DNA from: Candidatus Thorarchaeota archaeon
GTDB lineage: Archaea > Asgardarchaeota > Heimdallarchaeia > Hodarchaeales > Hodarchaeaceae
NCBI GenBank assembly: GCA_048882505.1
Contig: JBHLRO010000006.1
Location: 25,485-89,484, forward strand
DNA length: 64,000 nt
Direction of reading: 5' to 3'
Shown: piece by piece, positions 1 to 10,790 of the stretch
Layout: every line of letters starts with the position of its first letter
Numbering within the stretch: position 1 is the stretch's first letter
Made by a program: the position numbers and the translations under genes
Notes under the pieces: generated by a model
What the model saw: the letters and a program-made list of their open reading frames with translations, nothing else
Databases searched by the model: none
Told to the model about the DNA's origin: nothing

Positions 1-122
1 TGGAAACTTTCTCTAGAGAGGCCTTTATCATTTCTAGAACTTCTGCAAATCCTTTTCACCCATAATAGCAGATTTTTGGGCAGGCTGCTGCCGTGCATAT
101 ACCGTGGGCCGGATGTATGTTC

Positions 123-716
123 TTACCGGATTTCAGGTGTGTGTTCAGCTCGTTGTACGAAAAAGTGCTTCTTGTATCTTAGAATGAGGAGGAGGGCTCC
201 GATTGCGAGGAATACGATCCCCAAAAAGTTAAGGTAAATGTCGAGGGCTGGAATTAGAGGGAGGGAAACTGATTCAGGTATCGCACGGGATAATAAAAAT
301 CCCGTAGAAAGCGAATAATAATAGACAGGAGGTTGCAAACTCTTATGGGTTACCCAGATTAGACTGGAAATAGCGGATATCCGAAATGCTAAAGCGCCTG
401 CTTGTTCGCGGGATTGAGCCCACTCTTCTTTTTCGTACATCAACGTCGATATAATTATCCCTAGGATAAAAATCCCAGTGACTTCGAGAAGGAGCATTTG
501 GTTTAGAGAACTGGTTAGGGCGGGGAGGGTGGGAGCTATAAGGCTTAGAATACCCATTTTAATTAGATTTACAGCGCTTACCATGGACAGGACTTTTCCC
601 AGGTATTCTTTGGGAAAAAAGAACCAAATAGCTGAAATTTCAACAAGAGAAATCAAAATCAAATCCAGTAATCCGATATTAGAAAAATACATTGGCGGAA
701 GCAACATCTGAATCAT
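123..716 (-). CDS. hypothetical polytopic membrane protein
   Basis: 197-aa ORF with 5-6 hydrophobic helix-length segments (e.g. LLDLILISLVEISAIWFFF, GIFILGIIISTLM, LGIVFLAIGALLLIL). No recognisable catalytic motif. Confidence 0.35.
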   Translation of the reverse strand: MIQMLLPPMYFSNIGLLDLILISLVEISAIWFFFPKEYLGKVLSMVSAVNLIKMGILSLIAPTLPALTSSLNQMLLLEVTGIFILGIIISTLMYEKEEWAQSREQAGALAFRISAISSLIWVTHKSLQPPVYYYSLSTGFLLSRAIPESVSLPLIPALDIYLNFLGIVFLAIGALLLILRYKKHFFVQRAEHTPEIR

Positions 717-1227
717 CTGCGCATAATGGTGTACCAGTTGCTAAAAAACCAAATTGTGTTCTCACGATCTGCTTGAGGTGTTTTTATCTACACCAATACC
801 AGTGTTTAGAGCTGATTTCTGGGAGTTGTAGGCTTCCCCCTTTTGCTCCGTTTCAGAATTTAATTGAGCATATGGAAGACGAGGCCATCATACAACTGTT
901 TCACTTTGTGTTGCGGAGGATGCTGGTAAGTCTGAGCCCAATCGATAGTTTGAGACGCAAGAAATCTGAATTCACTAGTTTTGCGGTGTGAAATTCGCCC
1001 CTTAATGGAGACGATACACTGGCGTTTTTCGTTCACTTTTATAAGACGGTGGATTCGGTTATACTCAGGATGCGCGAGGTTAACCTTATCTACCTACCCA
1101 GTTCTTTCGGAAATGTCAGCATTGCTGATCAAATCCTGCATTTTTATAATAAAGAACCTCTATCGCTTACCGATTCGGACTACATCCCAGCGTACCTTTT
1201 TTATATCTGAAGATGTTCACTTAGCTC

Positions 1228-2310
1228 CTAAAAGCTTCTGGGGGTCGGAGGAAATAGGCCATCTTCCGCTCTGGGATCATTCTGAAGGTGGGCATTGAAA
1301 TCTGTATAAGATTCTGTTATTCCTTCCCGTACAGGCCTTGGTTTGTTGTTTAAGATTGCTTCGATTCTTTCCAGGGTCTCACTCGTTAAGGCGGTATTTA
1401 CAGATGTACAGTTTTCCTCGATCCTATCTGGATTGCGTGTGCTCATCAATACTGTATCCACATGAGGAATTTGTAAAGTCCAGGCATGAACCAATTGAGG
1501 AAGGGTCAGATCCTGTTCTTGGGCTAATTCCAATAATCGGCCCACTTTCTCTAGCACCTTGGGATCCTTGCCTTTGTAACTGGAAACGTAACGTTTTTCT
1601 TCCTCTGGCAATTGACTAATATCTACATTATTGTACGCACCTGTCAAAACTTTTTCAGCAAGGATTCTATAAGCAACGACCCCAAATCCATAGTAATCGG
1701 CAGTGTAGGGCAGTTCCACTTCCACGGCATATCGTTGGAACATATTAAACTTCATCTGATCGCATATGGGGCCTCTTAAACCTAATTTTGACGAAATCCC
1801 AAAAACTCGTTCTAACTGAACTGCTCTCCAGTTAGATGTAGCCCAATGTAGAATTTTACCCTGGTCGATCAGATCATTCATAGCATAAAGCGTTTCATCA
1901 AGAGGTGTTGAAAAATCATATCGATGACAGTAATATATGTCAAGATAGTCGGTTTTCAATCGTTTCAAAGTCTTGGATATTGAGTCATGGATGTGTTTTT
2001 TACTTAATCCCCTATCATTCGCATTAATGCTCATTGGGAACATAACCTTGCTACTTATGACAAAATCAGACCGATCGTAATCTTGCAGAAATTTTCCGAT
2101 TATTGCTTCTGCATTTCCGTAGGCCCCGTAAATATCGGCGCAATCTAGGTAGTTTATCCCAGATTCATGGGCTTTCTGAAGACATCTGAGTGCATCCTCT
2201 TCGGACACAGGAAAATCTGTAAACTTGTATTGAGCTCCCCCATAAGCCATCGTTCCAAATCCTAGCAAGGATACATGCAGCCCACTATTTCCTAATTTCG
2301 TGTACTTCAT
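1228..2310 (-). CDS. aldo/keto reductase family oxidoreductase
   Basis: 360 aa. The N-terminus MKYTKLGNSGLHVSLLGFGTMAYGG is the classic AKR opening. It also has ...AHESGINYLDCADIYG... and a long C-terminal AKR-like body. Confidence 0.85.
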   Translation of the reverse strand: MKYTKLGNSGLHVSLLGFGTMAYGGAQYKFTDFPVSEEDALRCLQKAHESGINYLDCADIYGAYGNAEAIIGKFLQDYDRSDFVISSKVMFPMSINANDRGLSKKHIHDSISKTLKRLKTDYLDIYYCHRYDFSTPLDETLYAMNDLIDQGKILHWATSNWRAVQLERVFGISSKLGLRGPICDQMKFNMFQRYAVEVELPYTADYYGFGVVAYRILAEKVLTGAYNNVDISQLPEEEKRYVSSYKGKDPKVLEKVGRLLELAQEQDLTLPQLVHAWTLQIPHVDTVLMSTRNPDRIEENCTSVNTALTSETLERIEAILNNKPRPVREGITESYTDFNAHLQNDPRAEDGLFPPTPRSF

Positions 2311-2349
2311 TATCTATACCTCGAACTCTTCATTTTTATCACTAAAGAA

Positions 2350-3330
2350 TTAAACAACGATTCTAAGATCCCTAATTATTGAGTCTACCTCATTAATTAG
2401 ATTTTGGGGTGGCGGGTTTTTTAAAATAGATGCATTTTCAGTTATTTGTTCCACCGTCTTTGCTCCAGGTATGGGAACAGTGGTTCTACTTGTCAACCAC
2501 AGGTAGCTTAAAAAGATTTGAACAGGAGTATATATGGATCCTTCTAGCAATTCTTTAATTTGATCAATTCGCTTCATTCTTTCAAGGTATTTTTCATCAT
2601 CTACGAAGGCCCCATTATACCAGATGTGATCTTTTGATATCGATCGTACATATTCTTTGGTATACTTCCCTGTTAAGGTACCACTACCTAAGGGCGATCG
2701 AATCACGCCAGCTAGATCGTACTTTTCACATAGTCCAGTCATTTTAGGATTACTGCGGGTAATGTGAATCGCATATTGAACCGCAATGCAATTTTTCCCT
2801 TCAGCAAAGATTTGAGCCCTCTCCACATTATCTGTACTCCAGCCATATCCCCGTATTTTTCCTTCTGACGTCAGGTCTTCTAGGAGCGCGCGAACATTTG
2901 GTGCGCTCTCCAAATCATGTTGACTATCATGTAATTGATATAAATCGATGTAATCAGTCCGCAACCGATCTAGACTTGCATCTAGCGCTTTTCTAACATA
3001 ATTAGGAGATACATTCTTGCCAATGGCAGTTTTAGTAGTTTCATCAAACTCATTAGCGAATTTGGTGGCAATCACCAATTTTTTTCGGTCATATTCTTCT
3101 AAAACCTCACCTAGTATACGTTCTGAATGCCCACAACCATAAACATCGGCAGTATCAAAGAAATTAATCCCTAGTTCTATCGCTTTACGGATGGTCCTTT
3201 TAGATTCAGCATCATCGACAGGGCCATATGCTAGTTTACGATCATTCGATCCTTGAAATGGCCCTCCTATTGCATAGCACCCCATGCCTATCTGACTGAC
3301 CTTAAGTTTACTTTTGCCCAAGAGTTTCAT
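2350..3330 (-). CDS. aldo/keto reductase family oxidoreductase (paralog of the adjacent gene)
   Basis: 326 aa. Has MKLLGKSKLKVSQIGMGCYAIGG, ELGINFFDTADVYG and GKIRGYGWS, all AKR signatures. It lies in tandem on the same strand as 1228-2310. Confidence 0.85.
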   Translation of the reverse strand: MKLLGKSKLKVSQIGMGCYAIGGPFQGSNDRKLAYGPVDDAESKRTIRKAIELGINFFDTADVYGCGHSERILGEVLEEYDRKKLVIATKFANEFDETTKTAIGKNVSPNYVRKALDASLDRLRTDYIDLYQLHDSQHDLESAPNVRALLEDLTSEGKIRGYGWSTDNVERAQIFAEGKNCIAVQYAIHITRSNPKMTGLCEKYDLAGVIRSPLGSGTLTGKYTKEYVRSISKDHIWYNGAFVDDEKYLERMKRIDQIKELLEGSIYTPVQIFLSYLWLTSRTTVPIPGAKTVEQITENASILKNPPPQNLINEVDSIIRDLRIVV

Positions 3331-3601
3331 CTATATCACTTTAAGGATAGAAATAACATCCTATGAATCGTTAGATTTCCGAATTTACGTTTCAATATCT
3401 ATTTGAAACAAAACAGTTTTACGTTTCAATAGATACTTAAAACAAAATATTATTAAAATATTTTTCGAATAAGGCCATTGGGATTTTCGAATCGTCTTTC
3501 TTGTTGAGCAAACAGATTTAATTGAGGACCTGACGTATCTTACAAACGGAGACCCGATTTACATACCATTAGTTTCGTTTCAATTAAAGGTTGAAAGATT
3601 A

Positions 3602-4348
3602 ATGAATGATGGAAGTGAAGAAAGCTTAGATAAGGCAATCTTCGATGATCATTGGGAGTCGCTTCCTCCAGCAAAATCATTTGACATTAGAAACTACGAA
3701 GATCATCCGCTCCGATCAACAATTCTTCGTATATTATATGATGGGCTTTCTAATCAAGTACCAAGTGAGATCAAGAGAAAAAGGCATGTTCTCAACGCAT
3801 CTGAGATTCTTGAGGAACTCAACAAAAGAATTGAGGCGGGAAGGATAGTTGATTCCAAAAAAGGAAAGGAAACAACCTTAATAAAGCCTGTGAGTATTAC
3901 CAATCTCTACTTTCACCTAAATAAATTGATAGATTTAGGGCTTATCAAAGTAATAGCGGAATTACTTGAAGGATCCCACAAACGGAATAAAACAAAGTAC
4001 TATGGACGAGTGGCCAGGCATTTGTTTATCAGTGATGAAGAGGAATCCCTACAAAAATATAGACGTCTGTTTGACGCCTTTCAACGAGTCGTAATGGCTA
4101 TGGGTGTACCTCTTCCAGAAGATTATGAGAAACTACCAGTAAAATATCAAAGGATAAAAAACACTCGGTACAAGGCGATTGAGAACTGGTTCATCAAAAA
4201 TGAAAAGATTATATACGAAATCTCTGAACAAAACCGAGATTTAAGCGAAGTTTATGAGTTTTTGAAACTGATGGATTCGCATTTTAGTGATGCATACAGG
4301 GATCTATCATCCAGGTTTACGGAACTGATCCAACGAGAGCTTGGCTAA
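3602..4348 (+). CDS. hypothetical protein, possible winged-helix DNA-binding regulator
   Basis: 248 aa with no TM segments. The central segment ...SEILEELNKRIEAGRIVDSKKGKETTLIKPVSITNLYFHLNKLIDLGLIKV... resembles an ArsR/PadR-type wHTH (the 'HLxxL' recognition helix followed by a wing). This is a weak, pattern-only call. Confidence 0.4.
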   Translation: MNDGSEESLDKAIFDDHWESLPPAKSFDIRNYEDHPLRSTILRILYDGLSNQVPSEIKRKRHVLNASEILEELNKRIEAGRIVDSKKGKETTLIKPVSITNLYFHLNKLIDLGLIKVIAELLEGSHKRNKTKYYGRVARHLFISDEEESLQKYRRLFDAFQRVVMAMGVPLPEDYEKLPVKYQRIKNTRYKAIENWFIKNEKIIYEISEQNRDLSEVYEFLKLMDSHFSDAYRDLSSRFTELIQRELG

Positions 4349-4498
4349 ATCTGTACCCGTTTTTCTCCTCTCACTAAGGCCCCCACCGTCAGGTGAGCAT
4401 GGGTAAGAAGAAATTGTATATCTAGGTCTCACATACAACAAAAATCCCACCTCAAACTGGAGGTTTTAAGGATAGATAGTCCTCTGAAAACTAATGTC

Positions 4499-4975
4499 AT
4501 GATCAGAAACGCCCAGAGGAGCGATGCACAAGAAATACATCACATTCTATCCGAGGCATTTGAATCGTATCGTGAGTATTATACAGAGGAAGCATATAAG
4601 GCTACGATTCTTTCCCCTCCTGAAATCGCAACTCGAATTAGCACTAAAGAAATAGAAGTGCTTGTGGTCTTTTATCAGAATAAGATGGTCGGGACAGTTA
4701 CAATCAGATTGAAAAGAGCAGGCCAACTCCATATTCAAAGCATGGCGCTAAACCCTGACACTCAGAGGCAAGGAGTGGGGAATTATATGCTTGAAGAAGT
4801 GATTCGCTTGGGTAGGAAGAAACAAGTGAAAACTATCTCGCTTGAATGCTTTGAACCACTTAAGAAGGCCATAAACATGTATAAAAAGTTTGGATTCAAG
4901 AGAACGGGAAAAAAAAGAGATTTACATGGGAGTGAGGTCTTTGAGATGACCAAGACCCTAGAGTGTCATGGATAG
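4499..4975 (+). CDS. GNAT family N-acetyltransferase
   Basis: 158 aa. The acetyl-CoA-binding motif QRQGVGNYMLEEVIRLGRKKQVKTISLECFEPLKKAINMYKKFGFKRTG is the Q/RxxGxG/A core followed by the FGF motif. Confidence 0.75.
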   Translation: MIRNAQRSDAQEIHHILSEAFESYREYYTEEAYKATILSPPEIATRISTKEIEVLVVFYQNKMVGTVTIRLKRAGQLHIQSMALNPDTQRQGVGNYMLEEVIRLGRKKQVKTISLECFEPLKKAINMYKKFGFKRTGKKRDLHGSEVFEMTKTLECHG

Positions 4976-5701
4976 GAACAACTACCTATCAAGGGATCGC
5001 GGCCCCTGGTCCGTGTGATCTCAGAATGCAGCAGATCTGACAGTTTTCCTCGTGATCCTTATGCTTTTGGGCACCCCTCTTGTTACCGAAATGAATAGGT
5101 TGCTTCATCCCTAAGGAGATCCAAAGAACGAACAAGTATCAGTCAAGCTAATGCATCCCCATTAAAGGCAGAAGCAGCTCCTCCACGATGGAAATATCAA
5201 ACGGAAGGTGACATTTCCTTATCTAACCTTACGAATTTAGATACAGATGAAGACGAGACAAATTCGTGAAAAACTGAAACTAGAACGGTTCGCTGAAGAC
5301 ATCTAGAAGAAGATTTCAGGATTGAAAACCCGCATCTCTCTTTTTTTTAGCCCAAATATGCGCAATTTGTGGTTCAAATAAAGATAGATCACGGAAGTTC
5401 CTAACACAAACACACGGAATAGAGAGGTTTGGAATGCGGAGCCATGGATGATAATCAGATCCTAAACCGGAGATTGAGCGATGGTCTCTCCCTTGCTACT
5501 AGTCGACTTATATCTAGATACCTTTGACCATTCGGTGTTTGCTCTTCAATGCCTACCGGCTAACTCATCGCAAAGTGGGCGTTCTTAACTTTATACAGGT
5601 TTCATTATCCGAAAAATTTTTATACCATATCAGCCGTAAATGCGTGCATTTAACCGTTTTTTTTTCGAATGGTTAAATATGAGAGAAAGAGGTGAAACAG
5701 A

Positions 5702-6679
5702 ATGAAGTCCCAAAAAGTTATTCCAATAGCTTTTTTGATTGTGATCTGCTCTCTGGCGTTTGCTACGCAGATCCCAATGATGTTCGGCCTTCCAACCGAA
5801 GGAGGGGGGAGTGGCAGTCCATCATACCCAAGAGTTGATGGAAACACCTGGATGAATAAACAAACTAGACCAGGTGACGACCATTATGGAACCTATCTGT
5901 CTGGCGCCACAGGTTATATAAGCCCTTTGCCACACGTAGTTGAAGTCGATGGAGAAAATAGCCACGGGGCAATATCATTACAAGCTTCTATCGAACATTA
6001 TGCAGGTATTGGTAATTATGATGAAATTAGGGTTCGCTTTACAACATATTACAAATCAAAACTTCCTGATCCATCCTATCCCTCCGAAGCTGGCATTATT
6101 TACGGTCAAGGTGTCATAGTAGAAGAGGTGGAGGCAACAAATCTGCTTCAGGTAGTCTGGTTTCGTGATTATAACAAGGATCAATGGGCCTGGCCAAAAT
6201 ACTTGAAAAGCGGTCCCTCTTACGAGGCAGCTCGTATAAGTTTCAACCAGGAAGTCATAGATTGGGTAACGGGAGTAGCGGTGCTTCGTATACTTAGTCG
6301 TCTTGATCTTACTGGTATTGTTGAAACCGTGACAGATTATATTGTCGAAAGGACTGTCAAGGCAGCTTTTGAACCCCTTTTTGATGTTGGATATGCAGTA
6401 TATGGAAATTCTGGAGTAACTGGTTCAGATATCCAAGCACAATACGCTTTCATTAACGGAGGTGGCTATCCTTGGACCACCTATCAGTATTATGACCGAA
6501 ATTCCTATATAAACGAAGCTTCAACTCATCACTCTGCTGGTATTCGTATATTTGGAACCTTACCGAGCTATTGCACTCTGATCCGCGCTAAGGCGTATGT
6601 AGATTATTATCTCCCAAATTCCTATGGCGGCGGGATCGATACGATCTACTCCCCAATAATTCAGATATATCTGGTTTGA
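5702..6679 (+). CDS. secreted/extracellular protein of unknown function
   Basis: 325 aa. N-terminal signal-like sequence MKSQKVIPIAFLIVICSLAFATQIPMM, then a Gly/Ser-rich linker (GGGSGSPSYP), then a hydrophilic Tyr/Gly-rich body. An AGGAGA/GAGGTG ribosome-binding site lies upstream at 5686-5695. Confidence 0.5.
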   Translation: MKSQKVIPIAFLIVICSLAFATQIPMMFGLPTEGGGSGSPSYPRVDGNTWMNKQTRPGDDHYGTYLSGATGYISPLPHVVEVDGENSHGAISLQASIEHYAGIGNYDEIRVRFTTYYKSKLPDPSYPSEAGIIYGQGVIVEEVEATNLLQVVWFRDYNKDQWAWPKYLKSGPSYEAARISFNQEVIDWVTGVAVLRILSRLDLTGIVETVTDYIVERTVKAAFEPLFDVGYAVYGNSGVTGSDIQAQYAFINGGGYPWTTYQYYDRNSYINEASTHHSAGIRIFGTLPSYCTLIRAKAYVDYYLPNSYGGGIDTIYSPIIQIYLV

Positions 6680-6900
6680 TCAGGGCCAACATTTTCCCCT
6701 TTTTTTTCCAAACCTTTACGTACGGTTCAATGTAGGAATGAATTTCGACCGTTTGTGCTAGGTGTTGTTTAATCACGGCAGAGGTAGCTTGGCTGATTGG
6801 CTTTTGGGGAAACCTAAGTATAATTTTACTTTATTCCCTAATTGGAAGTCTCCTAGTTCGGAAGAGTCTGAAAGAACCTGAAAAACCCATCTATCTTCCC

Positions 6901-8298
6901 ATGTTTCTAGCAGGCCTAAGTCTATTCGCTTTTGCCGCGGTGGCCGTCTCGATTGTCCTACTCTATCTTCAAGAATTTCTTCTTAGATATGATCTAACAG
7001 AGGCTACAGCTATATGGCCTCTCTTCATTTGGTTAAGCAACCTTTTATTCACTAGTCTACTTCTCTTGTCACTTCTTAGTTATTATCATGGACCTAGGAA
7101 GAGTCCCGTAGTTATAGGACTACCGAGTATACTATTGCTCTTGGGATGTATGAATGGTTTTTGGGGTTTATCAAGATTCAATGTCTATTGGAGAGGCGGC
7201 AAAATTCTGGTTTATTATCTTGATAAGCAAGCAGAATTGATCAATTCTATCCTAATCATTCTGGCAATAGCAGGGAGCTTTTATCTGACTTCTAGCTCGT
7301 TTCTAGAGACAAAGGAAGATAGGGATCTTTGGTTGACGGTGGCCTTGCTAATCGCGCTCCTCGGTTTTTTTATCCCACGGACAGAAGCTTGGTCAATAAC
7401 GGATCCCGTCACAGTGAAAATATTAGGTTTTTTGGTTTATTATTCATTCTTGGGGTTTTTTATGATCGCCTGGCTGTATCCAAAACCCTTTGCTGTAAAA
7501 ACTAAGCAAATTATTGCAAAAATCACTCCAACATCCTTTAAAGACAATTTTCTCGACCAGTTACCTTTTCTCATTTATCACAAGAAAAAAATCCAAACCT
7601 TACTAATTATATCCACCATAGGCGTAGTGTTGACAATCTTTGGGCCGAGGCTGTTTGAAGGAAGCGTGAAAATTTACCTTACAGCAGCTCAAGCAGTAGA
7701 GGAAGGTCAAGCTTTCTTTCTTGGAATTGTTAATGGCCAACAAGTTTTTTTTCACACAATAGGAACTGTGGTTCCACTACTGGTTACCGCCGTTTTAATT
7801 ATCTTTGCTTTAGTAAGAGAAACACCGTGGCGTTCCGTGTTCTCTTATGGATTGAGTCTTTTCATTAGTCAAGTCTTACTTTCAATTTTCTTTAATCATG
7901 TCCTAAATCTGGAACGCGTAAATTACGAAGCGAATTCTCCTTTCATTTTGGGTTTTATTTTACCACCTTTGATAATTACCGTTTTAGTTTCATTTTTTGA
8001 CCCCATGGAAGATGAAACAATCTCGTTCTTCGAAAAGGTACGTCTAAAATGCATGCCTGAAGTTGTATATGGCTGCACGGTCTTATCTACGATAATGTTT
8101 GACACGTTCCTTTTTAATTCTCCTACTGGGAAGATACTGGTAGGGGGAGGAAGTATCACGGATGGAATCTTTGTACTACCGATTTTAAACGTCTTCCTGA
8201 TCCTGTTTACATATTCTCTTATCTCATTAATCATGGAAGTTATTTTCTCCAACAAAAAGGAAAACCAGGGGGAACAACCAAATCTTCGGTGTTCCTAG
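6901..8298 (+). CDS. polytopic integral membrane protein of unknown function
   Basis: 465 aa with at least 10 predicted TM helices and no soluble domain. Confidence 0.5.
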   Translation: MFLAGLSLFAFAAVAVSIVLLYLQEFLLRYDLTEATAIWPLFIWLSNLLFTSLLLLSLLSYYHGPRKSPVVIGLPSILLLLGCMNGFWGLSRFNVYWRGGKILVYYLDKQAELINSILIILAIAGSFYLTSSSFLETKEDRDLWLTVALLIALLGFFIPRTEAWSITDPVTVKILGFLVYYSFLGFFMIAWLYPKPFAVKTKQIIAKITPTSFKDNFLDQLPFLIYHKKKIQTLLIISTIGVVLTIFGPRLFEGSVKIYLTAAQAVEEGQAFFLGIVNGQQVFFHTIGTVVPLLVTAVLIIFALVRETPWRSVFSYGLSLFISQVLLSIFFNHVLNLERVNYEANSPFILGFILPPLIITVLVSFFDPMEDETISFFEKVRLKCMPEVVYGCTVLSTIMFDTFLFNSPTGKILVGGGSITDGIFVLPILNVFLILFTYSLISLIMEVIFSNKKENQGEQPNLRCS

Positions 8299-9033
8299 TG
8301 ACGAATTTTCGGATCACTAGTTCCATGATCTGAGTCTTTGTCAATTTAAGCAAGACCGATACCGATGAACGGGGCGGAGTCTGTTTAGAATCTAGTCTCT
8401 ATCATCGATATTACTCTCTGGAAGCAACTCTTTAATCTCTTGCAACTTCCAGAGAATTCTCCTGAGTATGTCAATAATAAATATGACAGAAACACCAAAA
8501 TATAGCAGGGCAAGAAGAAGCAGTGGATCTACAGTCATCGCGCTTACTCCTCTTTTATCTAATTACAGGTAATTAAACCTTCTAGTTTTATGAAAAGGGC
8601 AGCGTAGACAAGAACAGCCTAGCCATTCTGAATTATTCGCGAGTCTGGCAAAGATGTAGCGCCGTTAATTATAGCGATCAGAACAGATGCCCCCTCGGAG
8701 AAGCTCATAATAGAAGGTTTTATTAGAACTCCTCGTTGAAACTCCTTTATATGTTCCGCACATGATCCAGTTCTTGCTACGCCATAGATTTGATCGCCAA
8801 GTTTCGATTATTTGGAATTTCTTCGCAATTAATTATCTAAGGGGAATAGAGAAAAAAGATATTCTGGGACTACAAACTTTAAAAATGAAAATCGGATTAG
8901 TAGACTCGAATTGGCTTCGAAGAGAGGCCCAAACACGTCGTGGTTTTGATTCTAGCTGTGATCGTTTGACCAACAGACAGTATGAATAGATGGTAATGTC
9001 AAGTAGGGACCTTTTAAAGAAGGACAGAGGGCG

Positions 9034-10632
9034 TTGAAAAGAGGTATTTTACTTTCAATAGTGATTGTAGTTTTTATCAACACTGCTTATTTCCCTGCGG
9101 CATTGAGGATTGAATCCAGCGACCTAGAAACAAGCTCACTTGATTCAGTTCCCGTTTCCGGAAGGTTTGCCTTGCTTTCCCTCCAAAACCATAATCCCAT
9201 CTATATAACTGGAAATCAAGATTTTATTGCTCAGGCGACCGCGGAAGGGTGGCAAGGAAACGGCACTGAGGGTTCTCCTTATCTTATCACAGGATTTCAG
9301 ATTTACGGAACTGGCAATGGTATCCCTGGAGACCCTTTTAATCCTCCTCCTATTGATTATTCCTCTCCAACCCGATTTTTGATTAATATAAAGGATGTTG
9401 ACCTCCATTTTCGGATTACTGATTGCTCGTTGGTTGGAGCGGGGACTTATGGTATTTATCTCGAAAACGTGACACATGCTGCAATCCTTTCAAATAAAGT
9501 CACCCGAAGTGATAGGGATGGAATTCGTTTAGAAAGGTGTCTGAATAGTACAATAAATGACAATCTTGTGTATTCCAATAGTTTAAGAGGAATTGATCTG
9601 AGAGGAACGAATAGCAGCGAGATTTCAAACAATAGTGCGTATTCCAACGGAGTCAATGGCATTTATCTGGGGGGATCATGGAATAATACTGTATCAAACA
9701 ACGTTGCCCACTACAATCTCTGGCATGGAATCAGTATCGATTCCTTGGCCAATTATAACTCCATTATGAAAAACACAGTGTACCAAAATGCTAGAGTAGG
9801 AGTAGGTCTGTGGGGTCAGAGTAATTACAATGTCTTAAGCGAGAACTACATTTATGACAACGAGGAGAGTGGTATTTCCCTCTTTAGCTCCGATTATAAT
9901 GTTATTCTTTTCAATACGATACATGGCAACAATGAAGGATTTTCAAGTTATGAAACGGGCAGCAACACGATTAAACATAACGAAATCGCGTACAGCAACT
10001 ATACAGGTTTATATCTTTTCGAATCAAAAGACGCGATTCTCTTTAATAATACCGTTTTTGAGAATGAGGAAGGTCTTATCTTAAGCCTCGCATGGAATAC
10101 TTCGGTTTCCTTCAATCTTATATCCTTTAACCGACATAATGGCATGGTCATTGATGATTCGGAAAATAACAATGTCAACAACAACCAAATTTCCAACAAT
10201 GGAGAACATGGTGTGGTTATTAACGCTGAAGCTGTTGGTAACGTCATTACTAACAACGAAATCATGGGAAATGGGGGGTATGGGATTTGGACTGAATCAT
10301 TGGAAAATACGATTGCAGATAATGAAATAGCGGAGAATGGGGGTGAAGTTACCACTTATACTGTTATTTCCTCTCCCCAAATAGTACCTCCTCTTCAATT
10401 GTGGATTCTATTATTCCTAGTATTGATTGGTGGCTCTTCGGTTACCATTATCGTTTCTATCGCTCGCAGATCCCGTAGGTCTCCTGTCTATTCGTGGAAG
10501 CCCCCGTCTGAAACTCGATCTTTAAAATACCCAAGTGGGAGGGAAAACCATCCTAAATTTTGTCCTAACTGCGGGGTAGCAACTGCTCCTAAGGATATTT
10601 TTTGCATGTCCTGTGGCAGTCTCTTGGTTTAA
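9034..10632 (+). CDS. right-handed parallel beta-helix (PbH1/NosD-like) repeat surface protein with C-terminal TM anchor and cytoplasmic zinc-ribbon
   Basis: 532 aa with an N-terminal signal/TM segment (ILLSIVIVVFINTAYF). The N-terminal motif IYITGNQDFIAQATAEGWQGNGTEGSPYLITG is shared with the 36525 and 44263 ORFs. It carries at least 12 copies of the ~22-aa repeat 'N.I..N...GI.L..S..N.I' (e.g. NNSAYSNGVNGIYLGGSWNNTVSNNVAHYNLWHGISI). A TM helix LWILLFLVLIGGSSVTIIVSIA is followed by RRSRRS and a C4 motif CPNCG...CMSCG. Confidence 0.7.
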   Translation: MKRGILLSIVIVVFINTAYFPAALRIESSDLETSSLDSVPVSGRFALLSLQNHNPIYITGNQDFIAQATAEGWQGNGTEGSPYLITGFQIYGTGNGIPGDPFNPPPIDYSSPTRFLINIKDVDLHFRITDCSLVGAGTYGIYLENVTHAAILSNKVTRSDRDGIRLERCLNSTINDNLVYSNSLRGIDLRGTNSSEISNNSAYSNGVNGIYLGGSWNNTVSNNVAHYNLWHGISIDSLANYNSIMKNTVYQNARVGVGLWGQSNYNVLSENYIYDNEESGISLFSSDYNVILFNTIHGNNEGFSSYETGSNTIKHNEIAYSNYTGLYLFESKDAILFNNTVFENEEGLILSLAWNTSVSFNLISFNRHNGMVIDDSENNNVNNNQISNNGEHGVVINAEAVGNVITNNEIMGNGGYGIWTESLENTIADNEIAENGGEVTTYTVISSPQIVPPLQLWILLFLVLIGGSSVTIIVSIARRSRRSPVYSWKPPSETRSLKYPSGRENHPKFCPNCGVATAPKDIFCMSCGSLLV

Positions 10633-10790
10633 TTTAGGCATCTCTCTTCAATTTGTCAGTAAATTGTCATGATAGCAAGGGATTGAGAGGAATACAATTT
10701 TATTAGGGTAGGTTGTCAATGGAAATCAAAAACTGGAAGATTAGAGGTGATGAAATACTTTCGTTCTCCGAACCGGTATGTAGAAGCCTT

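Noticed and set aside
3645-3848. 67-aa ORF overlapping the 3602-4348 gene in another frame
   Set aside because: It is embedded in a longer, better-supported ORF on the same strand. It has no independent ribosome-binding site or motif.
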